A stretch of DNA of 64,000 nucleotides from positions 1,728,001 to 1,792,000 of the forward strand of contig CAVTBU010000005.1 of assembly GCA_963733035.1 (NCBI GenBank). The letters are read 5' to 3'. The notes beneath the pieces were generated by a model, which had not been told where the DNA came from, made no database searches, and saw only the letters and a list, made by a program, of their open reading frames with translations. Source of the DNA: Pirellulales bacterium. Its GTDB lineage: Bacteria > Planctomycetota > Planctomycetia > Pirellulales > PALSA-1355. A program made the position numbers and the translations under genes. The stretch's first letter is position 1. Every line of letters begins with the position of its first letter. Shown piece by piece: positions 55,243 through 64,000 of this stretch.

Positions 55243-57663
55243 TCATTTGTTCCCCAGCGACTGTTCCAGTTCCACGATCCTGGCCATCGTCTTGATCGCC
55301 GCGTCCGGATTCAGCGAGATGCTGTCGATTCCCTCCCGTACCAGGAATTCGGCGAATTCCGGATAGTCGCTTGGCGCCTGGCCGCAGATGCCGATCTTCC
55401 GACCCGCCTTATGCGCCGCGGCGATCACGCTCGAAATCAAACGCTTCACCGCCAGGTTGCGTTCGTCGAACACGTGGGCGACGATTTCGGAATCGCGGTC
55501 CACCCCCAAGGTGAGTTGTGTCAGGTCGTTCGAGCCGATCGAAAAGCCGTCGAAAATCTCGGCAAACTCCTCGGCGCACACCACGTTGCTCGGAATCTCG
55601 CACATCACGTAGACTTCCAGCCCGTCTTTGCCCCTTACGAGCCCGTGCTGGGCCATGATGTCGAGCACCTGCTGTCCCTCCTTCACCGTGCGGCAGAAGG
55701 GGACCATGATTTTCATATTTACCAGGCCCATCGTTTCGCGCACTTTGCGCAGGGCCTGACATTCCAGACCAAAAGCATCGCGGAACCTCGGGTCGTAGTA
55801 GCGCAATGCGCCGCGAAAGCCAATCATCGGGTTTTCTTCCACCGGTTCGAATTGCCGGCCACCGACCAGATTGGCATATTCGTTGGTCTTGAAATCGCTC
55901 AGCCGCACGATCACATCCTTGGGATGGAACGCGGCCGCCAGCATGGCCACACCCTCGGCGAGCCGGTCGACGAAGAACTGCGGCTTGTCGGTATATCCGA
56001 CCGTCATGGCGTCGATTTGGGCCCTGACCGACTTGTCTTCAAGACGGTCGTACTCCAGCAATGCCGACGGATGAATCGCAATCGAGTTGGCGATGATGAA
56101 TTCGATCCGCGCCAGCCCTACTCCGTCGTTCGGCAGCATCGACAATCCAAACGCCTCATCGGGCTTTGCCACGTTGAGCATGATCTTGGTGCGCGGGCGG
56201 CCGAGATTGCTCAGTTGCACCTTGTCGACGGCAAAGTCGAGCTGCCCGTCATAGACGAAGCCCGTTTCCCCCTCGGCGCATGAGACGGTCACCGCCTGGC
56301 CGCTGCGTAGCACGTGCGTGCCGTTTTGCGTGCCCACCACGGCCGGCAAGCCGAGCTCGCGACTGACGATGGCCGCATGGCACGTGCGTCCGCCGCGATT
56401 GGTGACGATGGCCGCGGCCTTTTTCATGACCGGCTCCCAGTCCGGATCCGTCTTGTCGGTGACCAGCACCTCGCCTTGCTGAAAGGATCCCAGGTTCTGG
56501 GCGTCGGCAATCACCCGCGCGCGGCCCGTGCCGATCTTTTCACCCACGCTCTGGCCCGTGACCAAAACCGCGCCGCGAGTCTTCAGACGATACGTCTCCA
56601 AAACGTCACGCTTGCGAAGGGCCTGCACTGTTTCAGGCCGCGCCTGCACGATGAAGATCTCGCCGGTTACACCGTCCTTGGCCCATTCGATATCCATCGG
56701 GCAGTAGCGGCCGTGCAACTGGCTATAGTGGTCCTCGATCTGGCAGCCCCAGCGGGCCAGTTTCAAAACGTCGTCGTCGTCGAGCGACAGGCGGTTTCGA
56801 TCTCCCTCGGGTACGGGCACGGTTTTGACCATCTTGGTGCCGCCGTGTGCGAGGATCAGTTTGAATTCCTTGCTGCCGAGCTTTTTGTGCAGAAGGGGGC
56901 GAAAACCCGATTTAAGCGTGGGCTTGAAGACAACGAATTCGTCTGGATTGACCGAGCCCTGCACGATCGTCTCACCGAGCCCGTAGGACGACGCGATCAG
57001 CACGGCATCGCGAAAGCCCGATTCCGTGTCGATCGTGAACATGATGCCGGAGCTTGCCACGTCCGAGCGCACCATCAATTGCACGCCGACCGACAGGCCG
57101 ACCTGGAAATGGTCGAAACCCTTGTCGGCGCGATAGGAGATCGCGCGGTCGGTAAACAGCGAGGCAAAACAACGACGGCAAGTTTCCAGCAGGGCCGCAC
57201 TCCCGCGCACATTAAGATATGTTTCCTGTTGGCCGGCGAAGCTGGCATCGGGCAGGTCCTCGGCCGTGGCGCTGCTCCTCACGGCAACCGCCACATCGCT
57301 GCCATTTTCTTGCGACAACTGGGCGTAGGCTTCGAGAATCGCCTCCTGCAGATCGGCAGGGAAGGGGGTCTCGACCATGGCATGCCGAACTTTGGCGGCG
57401 CGCACACGCAGGTCGTCGACATTCTGCGTGTCGAGCCCCTCGAGAATTTGCCGGATCCGCCGGTCGAGCCCCTGTTGTGCGAGAAACCGGCGGTAGGCTT
57501 CGGCCGTAACGGCAAATCCGTTGGGAACCCGCACGCCCGCGTCGGCGAGTTGGCGGACCATTTCTCCAAGTGAAGCATTCTTGCCACCCACTGACGGAAT
57601 GTCAGCCAGCGTGAGGTCGGCAAACCAGCGGACGAGCGTGACTTTGGTTTCGGCAACGGACAT
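55243..57663 (-). CDS. ppsA: Phosphoenolpyruvate synthase
   Basis: GGKNASLGEM, VRSSATAEDL, GGRTCHAAIVSRE and FSIGSNDLTQ motifs. Confidence 0.97.
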   Translation of the reverse strand: MSVAETKVTLVRWFADLTLADIPSVGGKNASLGEMVRQLADAGVRVPNGFAVTAEAYRRFLAQQGLDRRIRQILEGLDTQNVDDLRVRAAKVRHAMVETPFPADLQEAILEAYAQLSQENGSDVAVAVRSSATAEDLPDASFAGQQETYLNVRGSAALLETCRRCFASLFTDRAISYRADKGFDHFQVGLSVGVQLMVRSDVASSGIMFTIDTESGFRDAVLIASSYGLGETIVQGSVNPDEFVVFKPTLKSGFRPLLHKKLGSKEFKLILAHGGTKMVKTVPVPEGDRNRLSLDDDDVLKLARWGCQIEDHYSQLHGRYCPMDIEWAKDGVTGEIFIVQARPETVQALRKRDVLETYRLKTRGAVLVTGQSVGEKIGTGRARVIADAQNLGSFQQGEVLVTDKTDPDWEPVMKKAAAIVTNRGGRTCHAAIVSRELGLPAVVGTQNGTHVLRSGQAVTVSCAEGETGFVYDGQLDFAVDKVQLSNLGRPRTKIMLNVAKPDEAFGLSMLPNDGVGLARIEFIIANSIAIHPSALLEYDRLEDKSVRAQIDAMTVGYTDKPQFFVDRLAEGVAMLAAAFHPKDVIVRLSDFKTNEYANLVGGRQFEPVEENPMIGFRGALRYYDPRFRDAFGLECQALRKVRETMGLVNMKIMVPFCRTVKEGQQVLDIMAQHGLVRGKDGLEVYVMCEIPSNVVCAEEFAEIFDGFSIGSNDLTQLTLGVDRDSEIVAHVFDERNLAVKRLISSVIAAAHKAGRKIGICGQAPSDYPEFAEFLVREGIDSISLNPDAAIKTMARIVELEQSLGNK

Positions 57664-57708
57664 GATGTTCCCCTTTCTGATCGGCCGGCCATGGCCGGTG
57701 GAGCTTGG

Positions 57709-60396
57709 CTAGGAAAGTCGTTTGCTGGCCCTCAGCAGCGTCGGATCGTCGGCCGGTTCCAGGTCGAAACCGAAATGCCGAAACACATGCAACATGCCGG
57801 CATTGCTGCGGCCGGTAATACCGTAAACCTCTTGCACCTTTTGACGGTCCGCATGCTTGAGACAATATGCGGTGAGCAGCCGCCCGAGCCCCTTGCGCTG
57901 CCAGTGCTCGCCCACCAGCACGGCAAATTCGGCGCGTCGGGTGGCCGTCTCATTCACGAGCCGCGCCACGCCAAGCAGTTGTTTCTTGCCGTCGATGTCG
58001 GCTTCGGCCACGGCCGTCAATTCGCGGTCGTAGTCGACAAAGCAAAAGCGGATCGCCGCCTCGTGCGTTTCCGTCTTGAACATGTAGCGAAAGCGGTTCC
58101 AGAGCGTTTCGCTCGAACAACTGGCCAGCAACTGGTGCCACAGCGGTTCGTCCTCGGGCTTAATCGGGCGCAGCGTCACGGGCGTCCCGTCCTTGAGTTC
58201 ACCAGGTTCGGCGAGTTCGGCCGGATAGGGACGAATTGCCAAATGGGCATACGGTTGCGCTGCAGGATGTTCGACGGCCGCGCGATCGACGATGATCCGC
58301 GCGTCCAACGCAATTAATTGCTTGTCTCGCACCAGCACCGGATTGGCATCGAGTTCGGAGATCTCGGGAAAGTCGGACAGCAGCCGCGAGACACGCAGCA
58401 AGGATTCGACCAGGCAATCGACGTCGGCCACGGGTTTACGGCCGCGGTAGCCAACCAATAGTGGCCAGGCACGGAGCGATTGAAGCATATGCAGCGCGAG
58501 CCGTTCGTTCAGGGGCGGCAGTCCGAGCGCCCGATCCTGAAACAGCTCGGCCGCAATTCCCCCGACGCCGACCATCAACACCGGCCCAAACACGGGGTCC
58601 TTTTTGGCGCCGATAATCAGTTCGAGGCCTCCCGGGAGGCTGATCATCGGCTGCACGGAGATCCCTTGAATCTCGGCGTCAGGTCGAGCCTGAATCACAT
58701 TCGCGGTCATCTCGATATAGGCGGTTCGCACCTGGTCTTCATTGACCAGATTCAACGCCACGCCGCCCACGTCGGTCTTATGCGTGATTTGGGGCGAAAC
58801 GATTTTCAGCGCGACCGGAAAACCAATGGAACGCGCCAGCGACGCGGCTTCGTCGACCGAATGCCCCTCGCGAACGCCAGCCACGGCAATCCCATAAGCA
58901 CTGAGCAGCGACTTGGCTTCGGACTCGAACAGAGTATCGCGGCCGCGCTGAAACATGCCCTGCAGCCGCGCCCGAATCGCGGCCGGTTCTTCGGCCAACC
59001 CCAACGGCATCTCGCGCGGCGTCTCGTACAGCAGGTCGAGGTTCCGCGCATAGCGAACCAGGTGCATGAATGCCGACACTGCATCGCTGGGACTCTCCGC
59101 CGTCGGTAAACCCGCCTGGTTGAGGATGTCGACTCCTTCGCGGACCATCCCGCCTCCCATCCAGTTGGCCAGGATGGGCTTGTGCGTGTGGCGCGACGCC
59201 TTGACGACGCTGCGGGCCGTCTCGCTGGGATCGGTCATCGCTTGTGGAGTCAAGATGGCGAGCACCGCGTCGACGTTCGTATCGTTCGCCACCACTTCCA
59301 GGGCTCGTGAAAATCGTTCCGGCGTCGCGTCGCCCAGCACGTCGACCGGGTTCGCGTGCGACCACGCCGCCGGCAGGAATTGGTTCAACTGCTCTAGCGT
59401 GGCTTTGTCGAGCTCGGCCAGCTTGCCGTGGCGTGCCAGCAATGCGTCGCAGGCCATCACGCCCGGCCCACCGGCATTCGACACGATGCCCAATCGGTCA
59501 CCTTGCACGCGCGGCCCATGGGCCAAGAGTTGTGCGCACTCAAACAATTCGTCGACTTCAAAGACACGCACGATGCCCGCTCGCTCGAAGGCCGCCTCAT
59601 ACACGCTGTCGACGCCGGCCATCGCGCCCGTGTGAGATGCGGCGGCCTGCGCCGATTCGGCGAAGCGTCCGGCCTTGTAAGCAATGACCGGTTTCCGCCG
59701 GGCACAGGCTCGCGCTGCCGACATGAACGCCCGCGCGTTGTCGATCGATTCGATATACAGGATGATCGAATCGGTAGACGAGTCGTCGGCCAGGTAGTCG
59801 AGCAGATCGGCAATGCCCACGTCGATCGCATTGCCAATTGAAAGAAAATGCGAGAACCCAACGGACTGCTCGCCAGCCCAATCGAGCATGGCCGTGCAGA
59901 GGGCACCCGACTGCGAAAGGAACGCTAGCCGCCCCACGGCCGGCATCGAAGCCGCGAAGCTGGCATTGAGATGGTGCCCCGGCACAATCGCTCCAAGACA
60001 ATTCGGGCCGATCACGCGCATTTCGGGAAACCGCTCGAGCTCTGCTTGCAATGCCGCTTCGACCGAGCGCCCTGCTTCGCCGGTTTCACGAAAGCCGGCC
60101 GTGAGAATGATCAGTCCTCCCACTCCGGCCTCGCCACATTGGTGAACCAATTCCGGCACGGTCGCCGCCGGCGTGCAGAGGATCGCCAGGTCGACGGGCT
60201 CGGGCAGTGAGGCCACATCAGGATAAGCTCGAAGTCCTTGGACCTCCGAGCGCCGTGGATTAACGGGAAAGATTGGCCCTTCAAATCCGCCGCGGACCAG
60301 ATTTTCGAAGGTCACCGCGCCAACCTTGCCCGGCTGGCTGCTGGCTCCGATCACAGCCACGCTACGAGGGGCCAGGATTCTGCGGAGGTTTCCCAT
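57709..60396 (-). CDS. Acyl-CoA ligase (ADP-forming)-GNAT fusion, Pat/PatZ family
   Basis: VAVIGAS, GPNCLG, SQSGAL, SHTG, THKTDVGGV, ELDANP motifs; C-terminal GNAT with QRKGLG. Confidence 0.92.
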   Translation of the reverse strand: MGNLRRILAPRSVAVIGASSQPGKVGAVTFENLVRGGFEGPIFPVNPRRSEVQGLRAYPDVASLPEPVDLAILCTPAATVPELVHQCGEAGVGGLIILTAGFRETGEAGRSVEAALQAELERFPEMRVIGPNCLGAIVPGHHLNASFAASMPAVGRLAFLSQSGALCTAMLDWAGEQSVGFSHFLSIGNAIDVGIADLLDYLADDSSTDSIILYIESIDNARAFMSAARACARRKPVIAYKAGRFAESAQAAASHTGAMAGVDSVYEAAFERAGIVRVFEVDELFECAQLLAHGPRVQGDRLGIVSNAGGPGVMACDALLARHGKLAELDKATLEQLNQFLPAAWSHANPVDVLGDATPERFSRALEVVANDTNVDAVLAILTPQAMTDPSETARSVVKASRHTHKPILANWMGGGMVREGVDILNQAGLPTAESPSDAVSAFMHLVRYARNLDLLYETPREMPLGLAEEPAAIRARLQGMFQRGRDTLFESEAKSLLSAYGIAVAGVREGHSVDEAASLARSIGFPVALKIVSPQITHKTDVGGVALNLVNEDQVRTAYIEMTANVIQARPDAEIQGISVQPMISLPGGLELIIGAKKDPVFGPVLMVGVGGIAAELFQDRALGLPPLNERLALHMLQSLRAWPLLVGYRGRKPVADVDCLVESLLRVSRLLSDFPEISELDANPVLVRDKQLIALDARIIVDRAAVEHPAAQPYAHLAIRPYPAELAEPGELKDGTPVTLRPIKPEDEPLWHQLLASCSSETLWNRFRYMFKTETHEAAIRFCFVDYDRELTAVAEADIDGKKQLLGVARLVNETATRRAEFAVLVGEHWQRKGLGRLLTAYCLKHADRQKVQEVYGITGRSNAGMLHVFRHFGFDLEPADDPTLLRASKRLS

Positions 60397-60513
60397 GACG
60401 AAGGCGTTCCCTCTTTTCGAATGCGACAGGATCGCACGCACTGGGCGAATCGGCACACTCGTTTGTCTCGTTTGCGTGCCTGCAATGCTTTTTTCTCACG
60501 CATCACGGGTCTT

Positions 60514-60529
60514 TGCAACGCACGTGCCG
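60514..60529 (-). promoter_or_regulatory. Sigma54-type promoter for the ligase-GNAT / ppsA operon
   Basis: Minus strand CGGCAC-GTGCG-TTGCA. Confidence 0.7.
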
Positions 60530-60706
60530 CTGACGTGGTTTGGAGACAAGGTGCGCCGCAAGAAGACGGACTCGCTTCAGCGACCGACGATTTCGAACGG
60601 CCAAAACGGCGCGCCGAAAGTTGCACCATGGCACGCTTAGCAATCTTTGCAGATTCGATGAACTGTTCGCGGTCCCGATTTCTTGTTTGTGAATCGCTGG
60701 GCGCAT

Positions 60707-60730
60707 AAAAAAAACCGCCTTCTTGGCGGT
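60707..60730 (-). terminator. Rho-independent terminator
   Basis: Minus strand ACCGCC-AAGAA-GGCGG followed by 8 T. Confidence 0.85.
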
Positions 60731-60969
60731 CCTCCCTCGTTCCTTGAGCCTCGTGGGCTGTGAAGCGCTTCTTACCCGATCGCAGGATGTGAACTGCCCC
60801 GACAGCGCTCACCACTTATTTTGCGAACCTCACTCTCGGCCGCGAGGCTCCCTTACTGCTTTTGCCTCACACATGATGTCGCACCTCCTTGTTAAACCAT
60901 TCATTTTTGGCCTTCCGGACGACACATTCCGATCGGGCCTTTCGCTGACTTCTCCACTCTCCTCTCTCC
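60707..60969 (-). ncRNA. Candidate small RNA (GGA-rich; contains a 14-codon ORF at 60830-60874)
   Basis: Bounded by a sigma54 motif and a terminator; 10 GGA motifs; insulated from Hsp20 by another terminator. Confidence 0.5.
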
Positions 60970-60979
60970 ACCATTACTA

Positions 60980-60995
60980 CGCAAGTAATGGGCCA
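60980..60995 (-). promoter_or_regulatory. Sigma54-type promoter overlapped by palindrome CCATTAC-N7-GTAATGG (60971-60991)
   Basis: Minus strand TGGCCC-ATTAC-TTGCG. Confidence 0.6.
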
Positions 60996-61018
60996 TTGGT
61001 TCGCCAAAAACGGTAGGG

Positions 61019-61066
61019 AAAAAACACCGGCCAGGGCGGATACATGGGCTACATCCCGCCCTGGCC
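61019..61066 (-). terminator. Terminator downstream of Hsp20
   Basis: GGCCAGGGCGG…CCGCCCTGGCC stem, then GGTGTTTTTT on the minus strand. Confidence 0.7.
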
Positions 61067-61083
61067 ATGTTTTTGGCGGCGGA

Positions 61084-61554
61084 TCAACTCTTGACCGTAA
61101 TCTTGCGGGCCTTGGCTTCTTCGGTCTTTGGCAGTTTAACGGTCAGCGTGCCGTTTTTGTACTGAGCGTCCACGGCCTCATCGTTCACTGGACAAGGAAG
61201 CGTCACCGTCCGCGAGAACGTTCCGCTACGCCGCTCAACGCGGTGGTAGGTTTTTCCCCGCTCCTCACGTTCTTCCTTGCGTTCGCCGCTAATGGTCAAC
61301 AGGTTGCCATTGACTTGAATCTCGAAGTCTTTGGCCTCCATGCCTGGGGAATCCATGCAAACCTCAATCGCACCATCGGTTTCGGCCACGTCCAGCGAAG
61401 GGGAAATCCGGTCGAGCGGCCACTCGGCATCGCTGCCGAAGGTCCGCGAAATCAGGTCTTGCATCTCTTCTCGCAGATGCTCGAGCGGGCGAGGTCCAAA
61501 CCAATTGCGCACACTCTTCGGTTCCTTCTTGCTCTTGGTCAACGTCGTACTCAT
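61084..61554 (-). CDS. Hsp20 / alpha-crystallin small heat-shock protein
   Basis: PSLDVAET, LTISGERK, ERRSGTFSR and NGTLTVKLPK motifs; AAAGGAG RBS. Confidence 0.95.
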   Translation of the reverse strand: MSTTLTKSKKEPKSVRNWFGPRPLEHLREEMQDLISRTFGSDAEWPLDRISPSLDVAETDGAIEVCMDSPGMEAKDFEIQVNGNLLTISGERKEEREERGKTYHRVERRSGTFSRTVTLPCPVNDEAVDAQYKNGTLTVKLPKTEEAKARKITVKS

Positions 61555-61635
61555 CGCATCGCTCCTTTGCAATTGCTGGGTCCATGAATTGCGGCGCCCG
61601 GTTGGGTGATGTCTGAACTGCCACCCTGAAAGTTG

Positions 61636-61651
61636 AGCAAACAACATGCCG
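61636..61651 (-). promoter_or_regulatory. Sigma54-type promoter for Hsp20
   Basis: Minus strand CGGCAT-GTTGT-TTGCT. Confidence 0.65.
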
Positions 61652-61921
61652 ATTGCCGCCTGGGATGCCGTTACGGCCGCTACGATCATTGCAAGAAAGC
61701 GGACACGTTAATGCCTTGCAATGCGATGACAAACTGGCGTCACCAACCAAGTGTGCGGAATCGACCGCCCGTGCGCTTGTTTGGCACCCGCTTCTGCAAA
61801 CCGATATCGCGAAATCGTACGTAGCGGACGGCAAATTAACGCTAGTGATCACATTTTTGAGCGCGGCGGAATGTTTTGGTGCGCGACTTGCGTCACACCC
61901 GCCCTCAGGAGGGTTAACACC

Positions 61922-62389
61922 ATGACAACCTGGATTTTGGTGGCGGATGCCGGTCGAGCCAAGCTGTATTCGGCCGAGTTGCGTGCAGACAAGTGGTCTC
62001 TAATCAAGGAATTCGAACACCCCGAAGGACGGCAGACATCCAGCGAGATCAGTCCGTCGTCGCCGCCGGGTAGTTCCGAGCAAAGTCAGGGGCATGGCGC
62101 TCGCCATACGGCTTATGAGCCCCGTACGACACCCAAGAAGGCCGAAACGGATCGGTTTGCCCAGCATTTGGCAGATCACCTCGAAAAGGCGACTGCAAGC
62201 CGCGAATTCGACGCCTTGGTGCTCGTGGCCCCGCCGCGCTTCCTTGGCATGTTGCGCGGGGCTTTGGGTCAACAGGCCGCCAAGCAACTGCGCACGTCGG
62301 TTGATAAAGACCTGAGCATGTTTAGCGTCGAGGCGCTGCGCGAACACCTTACGGATGTGGTGTTTCCATCCACGTCGGCGGCTGGATGA
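61922..62389 (+). CDS. Host attachment protein family (AtsE-like)
   Basis: TWILVADAGRAKL…FA…LVLVAPPRFLGMLR…KDL; AGGAGG RBS. Confidence 0.88.
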   Translation: MTTWILVADAGRAKLYSAELRADKWSLIKEFEHPEGRQTSSEISPSSPPGSSEQSQGHGARHTAYEPRTTPKKAETDRFAQHLADHLEKATASREFDALVLVAPPRFLGMLRGALGQQAAKQLRTSVDKDLSMFSVEALREHLTDVVFPSTSAAG

Positions 62390-62434
62390 GCAGAAGCGCC
62401 TCATCGAAGCGCGAGGGAATGAAGGGCCCGGGCC

Positions 62435-64000
62435 ATGGTCACGTTTGCCGAGCAACGCCGCCAATTGGTCGAAATGCAAATCAAACGGCGGGGCGTTACA
62501 GACCCGGCGGTGCTCGCGGCCGTCGAGGCGGTTCCGCGGGAAGCATTTCTGCCACCCGAGTTGGCTGAGTTTGCTTATCTCGATCGAGCATTGCCGATCG
62601 AGAAAGGGCAAACCATTTCGCAGCCCTACATCGTGGCCCTGATGGCCGAAGCGTTGGAACTAAAACCGACGGACCGAGTACTGGAAATTGGCACCGGCAG
62701 CGGATACGCGGCGGCCGTGCTGGCAAAGATTGCCAGTGAGGTGTTTACAATCGAGCGGCACGGAGAACTGGCCGAACAGGCCGCGCGGCGGCTGCACGAA
62801 GAGAATTTTCAGAACGTGCACGTGCTCCATGCCGACGGCACGCTGGGATGGCCCGACGAGGCGCCCTTCGATGCGATCGTGGTTGCCGCCGGCGGACCGG
62901 AGGTGCCCAAACCGCTTTTGGAACAATTGGCCATTGGCGGGCGGCTGGTCATTCCCGTGGGTGCCGAACGGACGATGCAAAGTCTGATTCGGGTAGTCAG
63001 AGTCGGCGAAGACAACTACCAGCGTGAGGACCTCGGCGACGTTCGGTTCGTGCCGCTGGTCGGCGCCGGTGGTTGGGAGGAGGAGTCCGAAGCGGAACGG
63101 ATCGTCGCGCCCAAACCGCGGCGTAGCCCCGACAAAGTCGTCGAAGAGCTAATTCGTGAAGCGGCCGAGCCGCTGCATCAGATCGAAGGTGCCGACCTGG
63201 GTTCGATCGTCGAACGGGCCGAGAATAGCCGGCTGGTGCTGATCGGCGAAGCCACGCACGGCACGTCCGAGTTTTATCGAATGCGGGCCGAAATCACGAA
63301 GCAATTGATCACCCGTCGAGGTTTTCGCTTCGTGGCGATCGAAGCCGACTGGCCCGACGCCGCGCGGATCGACCAGTATGTGCGACGCCTACCGCCGGCC
63401 AACGGTCATCGCTGGGAAGCTTTTGCCCGTTTTCCCACCTGGATGTGGCGCAACCGCGAAGTGTGGGACTTTGTCGAGTGGCTTCGCGAGCACAATTCGT
63501 CCATTGAAAACCCCGCGGAGCGCGTCGCGTTCTACGGCCTCGATTTGTACAGCGTGTTCACCTCCATTCGGGCCGTGCTCGACTATCTCGACCGGGTCGA
63601 CCCGGACGCGGCGCGCATCGCCCGCTTGCGCTACGGCTGCCTGACGCCGTGGGAAGGCGATCCGGCCTTGTACGGCCGCATGGCGGTTGGCGGACGCTAT
63701 CGCGTCTGCGAAGACGAGGCCGTCGCCACGCTCACCGATTTGTTCAAACAACGCCTGAAGTACACCGAATACGACGGCGCGCGGTTTCTCGACGCGATGC
63801 AAAATGCCCGGCTGGTTGCTAATGCCGAGCGCTACTATCGGGTTATGTACTACGGTTCGAACGAATCCTGGAATCATCGCGATCAGCACATGTTCGACAC
63901 ATTGGAGTTGCTGTTGGGCTTTCACGGCACGGAGTCCAAGGCCGTGGTCTGGGAGCACAACTCGCATTTGGGTGACGCGGCTGCCACGGAAATGGGAGCC
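62435..64000 (+). CDS. pcm: Protein-L-isoaspartate O-methyltransferase fused to an erythromycin-esterase-like domain (runs off window)
   Basis: Read directly from the DNA: MVTFAEQRRQLV…VPREAF…GQTISQPY…VLEIGTGSGY, then IGEATHGTSEFY, AIEADWPDA, FPTWMWRN and WEHNSHLG. Confidence 0.9.
   Translation, partial: MVTFAEQRRQLVEMQIKRRGVTDPAVLAAVEAVPREAFLPPELAEFAYLDRALPIEKGQTISQPYIVALMAEALELKPTDRVLEIGTGSGYAAAVLAKIASEVFTIERHGELAEQAARRLHEENFQNVHVLHADGTLGWPDEAPFDAIVVAAGGPEVPKPLLEQLAIGGRLVIPVGAERTMQSLIRVVRVGEDNYQREDLGDVRFVPLVGAGGWEEESEAERIVAPKPRRSPDKVVEELIREAAEPLHQIEGADLGSIVERAENSRLVLIGEATHGTSEFYRMRAEITKQLITRRGFRFVAIEADWPDAARIDQYVRRLPPANGHRWEAFARFPTWMWRNREVWDFVEWLREHNSSIENPAERVAFYGLDLYSVFTSIRAVLDYLDRVDPDAARIARLRYGCLTPWEGDPALYGRMAVGGRYRVCEDEAVATLTDLFKQRLKYTEYDGARFLDAMQNARLVANAERYYRVMYYGSNESWNHRDQHMFDTLELLLGFHGTESKAVVWEHNSHLGDAAATEMGA

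Noticed and set aside
61782..61798. Sigma54 promoter for the host-attachment gene (TGGCACCCGCTTCTGCA)
   Set aside because: The GG-to-GC spacing is 11 rather than the required 10, unless a base was miscalled.

Overview
High-GC bacterial DNA, most likely from a planctomycete (Pirellulales-like). This rests on gene content: a sulfatase, an SHD1/WD40 protein, GGM-tailed secretin-N-like proteins and a HemD-HemE fusion. About 1-42 kb is mostly housekeeping and metabolism (miaB start, fmt, TPP enzyme, htrA, ribBA, sulfatase, korAB, mtnA, ligA, murD, fumC, hemD-E). About 43-64 kb is an accessory energy/stress island: an N-type ATPase operon divergent from a group 3b [NiFe]-hydrogenase operon, then ppsA, an acyl-CoA ligase-GNAT fusion, Hsp20, a host-attachment-family gene and a Pcm-erythromycin-esterase fusion. 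Several of these units have sigma54-type (-24/-12) promoters. The most notable non-obvious items are: (1) a ~265-nt sigma54-driven, GGA-rich transcription unit with its own terminator and a 14-codon ORF (candidate Csr/Rsm-type or dual-function sRNA); (2) a 673-bp transposase-less element with IS1-type inverted repeats, an 8-bp target duplication and passenger DNA; (3) a secreted protein with 12 CC pairs behind a Cys-rich leader-like ORF and a long hairpin; (4) an old ~1.9-kb tandem duplication that includes an mtnA relic, with a practically identical 1.14-kb coding core; (5) a His-heptad helical protein heading the hydrogenase operon. About 12 frameshifts are present, nearly all repairable at GC-dinucleotide runs, so they are treated as sequencing errors rather than pseudogenes. 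No tRNA, rRNA or CRISPR array was recognised. All family calls come from motif recognition by eye, not database searches.
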